Shown here: positions 52,401 to 64,000 of the stretch, piece after piece
How the letters are laid out: every line of letters starts with the position of its first letter
Position numbering within the stretch: the first letter of the stretch is position 1
Notes under the pieces: model-generated
Database searches by the model: none
Seen by the model: only the letters and a program-made list of their open reading frames with translations
What the model was told of the DNA's origin: nothing
Made by a program: the position numbers and the translations under genes
NCBI GenBank assembly: GCA_964016885.1
Contig: OZ024744.1
Coordinates: 42,098,001 to 42,162,000 of the forward strand
Origin: Eledone cirrhosa
Taxonomy: Eukaryota
Length of the DNA: 64,000 bases
Direction of reading: 5' to 3'

Positions 52401-55400
52401 ACCATGTTACCTAATATAGTACACTCTGTTACCTAATGTGATACACCTTGGTACGCAATTTAGTACACCCTGTTACCTAATGTGATACAACTTGGTACCC
52501 TATATAGTACACCCTGTTGCATAATGTGATAAACCGTGGTACCTAATATAGTACACCCTGTTACCTAATGTGATTCACAATGGTACTCAATATAGTACAC
52601 CATGTTACCTAATGTGATACACATTGGTAACCAATATAGTACACCCTGTTAACTAATGTAATGCACCTTGGTACCCAACATAGTACACCCTGTTACCTAA
52701 TGTAATACACCTTGCTACCCTATATAGTATACCCTGTTAGCTAATGTGATACACCATGATACTTAACATAGTACAGCCTGTTACCTAATGTGATACAACA
52801 TTGTATCCAATGTAATACACCCTGTTACCTAATGCGATACAACATTGTGTCCAATATAATACACCCTGTTACCTAATGTGATACACCATGATACACAATA
52901 TAGTACACCCTGTTACCTAATGTGATACACCATGGTACCCAATATAGTACACCCTGTTACTTAATTTGATACACCTTGGTACCCACTATAGTTCACCCGG
53001 TTACCTAATGTGATACACCATGGTACCTAATATAGTACACCCTTTTACCTAATGCGATACAACATGCTACCTAATACAGTACACCTTGTTACCTAATGTG
53101 ATACATGATACCTAATATAATACAACCTGTTACCTAATCTGATACAACATGATACCCAATATAATGCAACCTGTAACCTAATGTGATACACCATGGTACC
53201 CAATATAGTACACCCTGTTACCTAATGTGATACACCTTGGTACACAATATAGTACACCCTGTTACCTAATGTGATACACCTTGGTACCTATATAGTACAC
53301 CCTGTTATCTAATATGATACAACATGGTACCCTATATAGTACAACCTCTTACCTAATGTGATACACCATGGTACCCTATATAGTACACACTGTTATCTAA
53401 TATGGTACAACATGGTACCCAATATAGTACACCCTGTTACCTAATGTCATACAACATGTTACCTAATGTGATACAACTTGGTGCCCAATATAGTACCCCA
53501 TGTTACCTAATATGATACAGCTTGTTACCCAATATAGTACACCCTGTTAACTAATGTGATACACCATGATACCTAATATAGTACACCCTGTGACCTAATG
53601 TGATATAGCAAGGTACCCAATATAGTACACCGTGTTACCTAATTTGATACACCTTGCTACGCAATATAGTACACCCTGTTACCTAATGTGATACAACATG
53701 GTAACTAATATAGTACACCCTGTTATCTAATAAGATACACCTTGTTACCCAATATACTACAACCTGTTACCTAACGTGATACAACTTGGTGCTCAATATA
53801 GTACACCATGTTACCTAATATGATACAGCTTGTTACCCAATATAGTACACCCTGTTAACTAATGTGATACACCATGATACCTAATATAGTACACCCTGTT
53901 ATCGAATGTGATACATCATGATACATAATATAGTACACCCTGTTACCTAACGTGATACACCTTGGTACCCAATATAGTACACCCTGTTAGCTGAGCTTGT
54001 ACAACATGATATCCAATACAGAACCACCTGTTACCTAATGTGATACACCTGATATCTAATATGGTACACCATGGTACCCAATAGAGTACACCGTGTTACC
54101 TAATATGATACAACATGATACCTAATATAGTAAAGCCTGTTACCTAATGTGATACACCATGATACTCAATATAGTACACCCTGTTACTTAATGTGATACA
54201 ACATGGTATCCAATTTAATACACCCTGTTACCTAATGTGATACACCATGGTACATAATAGAGTACACCCTGTTATTTAACGTGATACACCATGATACCTA
54301 ATATAGAACACCATGTTACCTAATGTGATACAACTTGATACCTTATATAGAACATCATGTTACCTAATGTGATACACCTTGGTATCCAATACAGTACATC
54401 TTGTTACCTAATGTGATACACTTGGTACACAATTTAGTACACCCTGTTACCTAATATGATACAACATGGTACCTAATATAGTACACACTGTTACATAATA
54501 TGATACAACAAGGTACCCAATATAGTACACTCTGTTACCTAATGTGATACACCATGTCACCTAATATAGTACACCCTGTTACCTAATGTGATACACCTTG
54601 GTACGCAATTTAGTACACCCTGTTACCTAATGTGATAAACTTGGTACCCTATATAGTACACCCTGTTGCATAATGTGATAAACTGTGGTACCTAATATAG
54701 TACACCCTGTTACCTAATGTGATTCACAATGGTACTCAATATAGTACACCCTGTTATCTAATGTGATGCACCTTGGTACCCAACATAGTACACCCTGTTA
54801 CCTAATGTAATACACCTTGCTACCCTATATAGTATACCCTGTTAGCTAATGTGATACACCATGATACTTAACATAGTACAGCCTGTTACCTAATGTGATA
54901 CACCTTGGTACCCAATGTAGTACACCCTGTTACCTAATGTGATACACATTGGTAACCAATAGAGTACACCCTGTTATCTAACGTGATACAACTTGGTACC
55001 TAATATAGTACACCCTGTTAGCTCATGTGATACAAATGGTACCTAATATAGTACACCCTGTTATCTAATATGATACAACATGATACCTAATATAGTACAC
55101 CATGTTACTTAATGTGATACACCTTGTTACCCAATGTAGTACACCATGTTACCTAATTTGATACAGCTTTTTACACAATATAGTACACCCTGTTACCTAA
55201 TATGATACACCATGATACCTAATATAGTACACCCTGTTATCGAATGTGATACATCATGATACCTAATATAGTACACCATGTTACCTAACGTGATTCACCT
55301 TGGTACCCAATATAGTACACCCTGTTATCTAATGTGATACAACATGATACCTAATATAGTACATGTTACTTAATGTGATACACCATTGTACCTAATATAG

Positions 55401-58400
55401 TAGACCCTGTTACCTAACGTCATACAACATGGTACCTTATATAGTACATCTGTTACATAACGTGATACAACATGATAGCTAATATAGTACACCATGTTAC
55501 TTAATGTGATACACCTTGGTACCCAATATAGTACACCCTGTTACCTAATTTCATACAACATGGTACCTTATATAGTACACCCTGTTACCTAATGTGATAC
55601 ACCTTGGTACCCAATATAGTACACCCTGTTAACAGACATGAAACAACATGATACCTAATATAGTACACCATGTTACTTAATGTGATAAACCATGCTTCCT
55701 AATATAGTATATCCTGTTACCTAATGTGATAACACATGGTACCCAATATACTACACCATGTTACCTAATGTGATACACCATCATACATAATGTAGTACAC
55801 TCTGTTACCTAATGTGATACACTCTGATCCCTAATATAGAACATCCTGTTACCTAATTTGATACAACTAGGTACCTAATATAGTACACCCTGTTACCTAC
55901 TGTGATACACCATGATAGCTAATGTAGTACACCCTGTTACCTAATGCTATACAACATGCTACCTAATACAGTACACCTTGTTACCTAATGTGATACACCA
56001 TGATACCTAATATAGTACACCCTGTTGCCTAACGTGATACAACATGATACCTAATATAATATAACCTGTTACCTAATCTGATACACCATGATACCCAATA
56101 TAATGCAACCTGTAACCTGATGTGATACACCATGAAACCTAATATAGTACTCCCTGTTACCTAATGTGATACATGATACTTAATATAGTACACCCTGTGA
56201 ACTAATGTGGTACACCATGGTACAAAATATAGTACAACCTGTTACCTAATGTGATACACCTTGGTTCATAATATATTACACCCTGTTATTTAATGTAATA
56301 CACCATGATACCTAATATAGTACACCATGTTACCTAATGTGATACAACATGATACCTAATATAGTACACCCTGTTACCTAATGTGATACACCATGATACC
56401 TAATATAGTAAACCCTGTTACCTAATGTGATACACCATGACAGCTAATATAGAACATCCTGTTACCTAATGTGATACACCTTGGTACCCAATATAGTACA
56501 CCCTGTTACCTGATGTGATGCACCTTGGTATCCAATATAGTACACCTTGTTACCTAATATGATACAACAAGGTACCCCAAACATTTCCCGCTATTATCTA
56601 ATATGATACACCATGTTACGTAATTTAGTACACCCTGTTACCTACTTTGATACACCTTGGTACGCAATTTAGTACACCATGTTATTTAATGTAATACACA
56701 TTGGTAACCAACATAGTACACCCTGTTACCTAATGTGATACACCTTGGTACCCAATATAGCACATCCTGTTACCTAATGTGATACAAGTTGGTACCTAAT
56801 ATACTACACCCTGTTACCTAATGTGATACAAATGGTACCTAATATAGTACACCCTGTTACCTAATGTGATACAGAATGGTACCTAATATAGTACAACCTG
56901 TTACCTTATGTTATACACCATCGTACACTATATAGTTCACACTGTTACCTAATGTGATACAACTTGGTACCCTATATAGTACACCTGTTACCTAATGTGA
57001 TATAGCATGGTACCCAATATAGTACACCGTGTTACCTAATTTGACACACCTTGTTACCCAATATACTACAACCTGTTATTTAATGTGATACAGATTGGTG
57101 CCCAATATAGTACACCATGTTACCTAATGTGATACATCCTGTTACCTAATGTGATACACCATGATACTCAATATAGTACACCCTGTTACTTAATGTGATA
57201 CAACATGGTATCCAATATAATACACCCTGTTACCTAATGTGATACACCATAATACCTAATATAGTACACCCTGTTACCTAATGTGATACAACATGATACC
57301 TAATATAGTACACCCTGTTACCTAATGTGATACTCCATGATACTTAATATAGTACACCCTGTTACCTAATGTGATACACCATGATACCTAATATAGTACA
57401 CCCTGTTATTTAATGTGATACACCATGATACCTAATATAGTACACCCTGTTACTTAATGTGATACAACATGATACCTAACATAGTACACCCTGTTAGCTA
57501 ATGTGATACACCATGATACCTAATATAGTACAACCTGTTAGCTAATGTGATACACCATGGTACATATTATAGTAGACCCTGTTATTTAATGTGATACACC
57601 ATGATACCTAATATAGTACACCCTGTTACCTAATGTGATGCATCCTGTTACCTAATGTGATACACCTTGGTACCCAATATAGTACAACCTGTTATCGAAT
57701 GTGATACATCATGATACCTAATATAGTACACCCTGTTACCTAGCGTGAGACAGCTTGGTACCCAACATAGTACACACTGTTACCTAAGCTTGTACAACAT
57801 GATATCCAATATAGTACACCCAGTTACCTGATGTGATACACCTTGTTAACCAATATAGTACACCCTGTTACCTAATGTGATACACCATGATACCTAACAT
57901 AGTACTCTCTGTTACCTAATGTGATACACCATGATACCTAATATAGTACACCCTGTTCCCTAATCTGATACAATATGATACATAATGTAGTACACCCTGT
58001 TACCTAATGTGATACACCTTGTTACCTAATGTGATACACCTTGGTACCCAATATAGTACACCCTGTTACGTAATGTGATACACCTTGGTTTCCAATATAG
58101 TACACCCTGTTACCTAATATGATATAACATGATACCCAATAGAGTACACCCTGTTACCTAATGTGATACAACATGATACCTAATATAGAACACCCTGCTA
58201 CCTAATATGATACAACATGATACCCAATATAGTACACCCTGTTACCTAATGTGATACACCTTGATAACCAATATAGTACACCCTGTTAACTAATGGGATA
58301 CAACATGGTATCCAATATATTACACCCTGTTACCTAAGGTTGTACAACATCGTATCCAATATAGTACACCCTGTTACGTAATGTGATACACCATGATAAC

Positions 58401-61400
58401 CAATATAGTACACCCTGTTACCTAATGTGATACACCTTGGTACCCAATATAATACACCCTGTTACATAATGTGATACACCATGATACCTAATATAGTACA
58501 CCTTGTTACCTAATCTGATACAATATGATACATAATGTAGTACACCCTGTTACCTAATGTGATACACCTTGTTACCTAATGTGATACACCTTGGTACCCA
58601 ATATAGTACACCCTGTTACGTAATGTGATACACCTTGGTATCCAATATAGTACACCCTGTTACCTAATGTGATACACCATGTTACCTAATATAGTACACC
58701 CTGTTACCTAATGTGATACACCATGTTACCTAATATAGTACACCCTGTTACCTGATATGATACAACATGATACGCAATATAGTACACCCTATTACCTAAC
58801 GTGATACAACATGATACCTAATATAGTACACCCTGTTACCTAATGTGATACACCATGTTACCTAATGTGATACACCATAGTACCCAATATAGTACACGCT
58901 GTTACCTAATGTGATACACCATGATACCCAATATAGTACACCCGGTTATCTAAGGTTGTACAACATGGTATCCAATATAGTACACCCTGTTACCTAATGT
59001 GATACACCATGATACCTAATATAATACACAATGGTACACCCTGTTACCTAATGTGATACAACATGGTACCCAATATAGTACCCCTGTTACCTAATGTGAT
59101 ACACCATGATACCTTATATAGAACACCCTGTTACCTAATATGATACAACATGATACCCAATATAGTACACCCTGTTACCTATTGTGATACAACATGATAC
59201 CTAATATAGAACACCCTGTTACCTAATATGATACAACATGATACCCAATATAGTACACCCTGTTACCTAATGTGATACACCATTATAACCAATATAGTAC
59301 ACCCTGTTAACTAACGTGATACAACATGGTATCCAATATATTACACCCTGTTACCTAACGTTGTACAACATCGTTTCCAATATAGTACACCCTGTTACGT
59401 AATGTGATACACCATGATAACCAATATAGTACACCCTGTTACCTAATGTTATACACCTTTGTACCCAATATAATACACCCTGTTACCTAATGTGATACAA
59501 ATTGTTACCTAATATAGTACACCCTGTTACCTAATGTGATACACCATGTTACCTAATATAGTAACCCTGTTACCTAATGTGATACACAATGATACCTAAT
59601 ATAGTACACCATGATACCTAAAATAGTACACCCTGTTAGCTAATGTGATACGCCATGGTATCTAATATAGTACAACCTATGACCTAATGTGATACACCAT
59701 GGTACCTAATATAGTACACCCTGTTACCTAGTGTGATACACCTTGGTACCTAATATAGTACACCCTGTTACCTAATGTGATACACCATGATACCTAATAT
59801 AGTACATCATGTTACCTAATTTGATACACATTGGTACCCAATATAGTACACCCTGTTATCAAATTTGATACAACTTGGTACCCACTATAGTACAACCTGT
59901 GACCTAATGTGATACACCATGATACCCAACATAGTACACCCTGTTACTTAATTTGATACACCTTGGTACCCACTATAGTTCACCCGGTTACCTAACGTGA
60001 TACAACATGGTACCTAATATAGTACACCCTTTTACCTAATGTGATACAACATCGTATCCAATATAGTACACCCTGTTACCTAATGTGATACAACATGGTA
60101 CCCAATATAGTACATGCTGTTACTTAATGTGATACCCAATATAGTAAACCCTGTTACCTAATGTGATACACCATGGTACCTAATATAGTACACCCTTTTA
60201 CCTAATGCGATACAACATGCTACCTAATACAGTACACCTTGTTACCTAATGTGATACATGATACCTAATATAATACAACCTGTTACCTAATCTGATACAA
60301 CATGATACCCAATATAATGCAACCTGTAACCTAATTTGATACACCATGGTACCCAATATAGTACACCCTGTTACCTAATGTGATACACCTTGGTACACAA
60401 TATAGTACACCCTGTTACCTAATGTGATACACCTTAGTACCTATATAGTACACCCTGTTATCTAACATGATACAACATGGTACCCTATATAGTACAACCT
60501 CTTACCTAATGTGATACACCATGGTACCCTATATAGTACACACTGTTATCTAATATGGTACAACATGGTACCCAATATAGTACACCCTGTTACCTAATGT
60601 CATACAACATGTTACCTAATATAGTATACCCTGTTACCTAATGTGATACACCATGATACCTCATATAGTACACCCTGTGACCTAATGTGATATAGCAAGG
60701 TACCCAATATAGTACACCGTGTTACCTAATGTGATACACCTTGCTACCCAATATAGTACACCCTGTTACCTAATGTGATACAACATGGTACCTAATATAG
60801 TACACCCTGTTTCCTAAAGTGATACAACTTTCTGCCCAATATAGTACACCCTGATACCTAATATGATACACCTTGGTACCCAATATAGTACACCCTGTTG
60901 CCTAATGTGATACAACTTTGTGCCCATTATAGTACAACATGTTAACTAATGTGATAACCTTGTTACACAATATAGAACACCATGTTACCTACTGTGATGC
61001 AACATAGTATCCAATATAGTACACCCAGTTACATAATTTGATACACCATGGTATCTAATATAGTACACCCTATTACCTTATGTGATACACCTTGGTACCC
61101 TATATAGTACACCCTGTTACCTAATGTGATACACAATGGTACCTAATATAGTACACCCTGTGACCTAATGTGATATAGCATGGTACCCAATATATTACAC
61201 CGTGTTACCTAATGTGATACACCTTGGTACCCAATATAGTACACCCTGTTACCTGATGTGATACAACATGATACATATTATAGTACAACCCGTGACCTAA
61301 TGTGATACACCTTGGTACCCAATATAGTACACCCTGTTACCTAATTTGATACACAATGTTACCTAATATAGTACACCCTGTTACCTAATGTGATACACCT

Positions 61401-63264
61401 TGTTACCTAATATAGTACACCCTGTTATCTAATGTGATACAACATGGTATCCAATATGGTACACTCTGTTATCTAATTTGATACACCATGATACCCAATA
61501 TAGTACACCCTTTACCTAATGTGATACACCATGGTATCCAATATAGTACACCCTGTTACCTGATGTGATACACCTTGGTACCCAATATAGTACACCCTGT
61601 TACCTAATGTGATACACCATGATACCTAACATAGTACACTCTGTTACCTAATGTGATACACCATGATACCTAATATAGTACACCCTGTTACCTAATCTGA
61701 TACAATATGATACACAATGTAGTACACCCTGTTACCTAATGTGATACACCTTGTTACCTAATGTGATACACCTTGGTACCCAATATAGTACACCCTGTTA
61801 CGTAATGTGATACACCTTGGTATCCAATATAGTACACCCTGTTACCTAATGTGATACACCATGTTACCTAATATAGTACACCCTGTTACCTGATGTGATA
61901 CACCTTTGTACCCAATATAGTACACCCTGTTACCTAATGTGATACACCATGTTACCTAATATAGTACACCCTGTTACCTGATGTGCTACAACTATGTACC
62001 CAATATACTACACCCTGTTACCTAATGTGATACACCTTGGTACACAATATAATACACCATGTTACCTAATGTGATACACCATAGTACCCAATATAGTACA
62101 CCCTGTTACCTAATGTGATACACCATGATACCTAATATAGTACACAATGGTACACCCTGTTACCTAATGTGATACAACATGGTACCCAATATAGTACACC
62201 GTGTTACCTAATATGATACAACATGTTACCCAATATAGTACCCCTGTTACCTAATGTGATACACCATGATACCTAATATAGAACACCCTGTTACCTAATA
62301 TGATACAACATGATACCCAATATAGTACACCCTGTTACCTAATGTGATACAACATGATACCTAATATAGAACACCCTGTTACCTAATATGATACAACGTG
62401 ATACCCAATATAGTACACCCTGTTACCTACTGTGATACCCCATGATAACCAATATAGTACACCCTGTTAACTAATGTGATACAACATGGTATCCAATATA
62501 TTACACCCTGTTACCTAAGGTTGTACAACATCGTATCCAATATAGTACACCCTGTTACGTAATGTGATACACCATGATAACCAATATAGTACACCCTGTT
62601 ACCTAATGTGATACACCTTGGTACCCAATATAATACACCCTGTTACCTAATGTGATACAAATTGTTACCTAATATAGTAACCCTGTTACCTAATGTGATA
62701 CACAATGATACCTAATATAGTACACCATGATACCTAAAATAGTACACCCTGTTAGCTAATGTGATACACCATGGTATCTAATATAGTACAACCTATGACC
62801 TAATGTGATACACCATGGTACCTAATATAATACTCCCTGTTACCTAATGTGATACACCTTGGTACCTAATATAGTACACCCTGTTACCTAATGTGATACA
62901 CCATGGTACCTAATATAGTACACCCTGTTACCTGATGTGATACACCATGGTACCTAATATAGTACACCCTGTTACCTAATGTGATACATCCTGTTACCTA
63001 AAATGGTGCAACCTGTGACCTAATGTGATACACCATGGTATCCATTATAGTACACCGTGTTACTTAATATGGTACACCATGATACCTAATATGGTACACC
63101 TTGATACCTAATATGGTACACCATGATACCTAATATGGTACATCATGATACCTAATATGGTACACCATGATACCTAATATGGTACATCATGATACCTAAT
63201 ATGGTACACCATGATACCCAATATGGTACATCATGATACCTAATGATACCTAATATGGTACACA
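28458..63264. repeat. Satellite DNA, 44-bp unit AATATAGTACACCCTGTTACCT-AATGTGATACACCATGGTACCY, ~34.8 kb, roughly 790 units
   Basis: Continuous head-to-tail tandem array in a single orientation. No ORF of 60 aa or more in the ORF track. Consensus is ~41% GC and CpG-free. Copy number is estimated as length/44. Confidence 0.98.
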
Positions 63265-63377
63265 TTAAAACCGTTAGTGGTGCACCTCAATATCAAGTGC
63301 ACTGGTGTCTTTTAATACGCATTGCTTTGCATCCATCAAAGCTGATAATATAGAGATTCACTTGTATATGTTCAAGA

Positions 63378-63752
63378 TGTTATTGTTACTGCTGCAGCCT
63401 TAGTTTCTGCTGTTGTTATTGTTGCTGTTGTCGTTTCTGCTGTTGTTGTTGCGGCTGTTATTGTTGTTCCTGCTGTTGTTGATGTTGTTGTTGCTGTTAT
63501 TGTTGATGTTTTTGTGTCGCTGTTGTTGTTGTTGATGTTGTTGTTGCTGCTGTTTTTGTTGTAGCCACAAACAAATAAACAAACTAAACAAGAAATAAAT
63601 AAAGAAACAAACAAACTAACAAAGCCAGAAAGAAAAAAAAGAAAAAAGAAAGAAAGAAAAGATAGAAAGAAAAGTTAGAAAGAAAAATAGAAAACAAAGC
63701 CAGAAAGAAAGAAAATAAGAAAGAAAGTAAGAAAGAAAGTAAGAAAGACAAT
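63378..63752. repeat. Compound (GTT/GCT)n, (AAAC)n and (AAAG)n microsatellites
   Basis: Directly visible; source of the polyQ/N/T ORFs. Confidence 0.9.
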
Positions 63753-63905
63753 AATAAGAATTACATATAATATCATCCGGCAGTCGAATCTGCTTTTCTA
63801 GTCTCAATAATCTTCTTTGCTGACAACAATCCATCGTTTGCTTTCAGTTTTGTTGCTAGATTCATTTCATTGTTACACAAATGTGGCATGCATGCAAACA
63901 TGCAT

Positions 63906-63906
<1 letters not shown>

Positions 63907-63945
<39 letters not shown>

Positions 63946-63968
63946 TCACATATACACACATTCACACT
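63907..63968. repeat. (CA)n microsatellite
   Basis: Directly visible. Confidence 0.95.
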
Positions 63969-64000
63969 CATGCACATGTTTATGGAACGGCACACATGCA

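Noticed and set aside
28570-63000. Telomere-like TTAGG (cctaa) motif in each satellite unit
   Set aside because: Isolated pentamers within a 22-bp unit, never tandem; expected by chance.
28458-63264. CRISPR-like array or coding repeat
   Set aside because: No unique spacers, no cas genes and a eukaryotic context. Stops in all frames and no ORF of 60 aa or more.
63760-63860. Candidate minus-strand exon
   Set aside because: No acceptor/donor pair encloses an open frame.

Overview
Eukaryotic, repeat-saturated animal DNA. The SINE/LINE repertoire and microsatellite density suggest a coleoid cephalopod (octopus-like); this is inference, not a database result. Bases 1-28.4 kb are a nested pile of retroelements: a near-full-length but disrupted RTE LINE with three C-terminal C2H2 fingers plus relatives and non-autonomous derivatives, two RTE copies with a PHD-like finger inside the RT, about seven minus-strand R4/Dong-like fragments mostly bounded by (TATG)n, two Penelope-like element (PLE) fragments, tRNA-derived SINEs and one hAT MITE. 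One candidate 120-bp host exon lies at 9685-9804. Six (TA)n-flanked fold-back hairpins between 12.7 and 25.3 kb carry hammerhead-ribozyme remnants at or near the fold-back point. Bases 28.46-63.26 kb are an uninterrupted ~34.8-kb satellite with a 44-bp unit (2 x 22 bp). It has monomeric 22-bp edges and a patchwork of kb-scale internal duplications. No intact full protein-coding gene, rRNA, functional tRNA or CRISPR array is supported.
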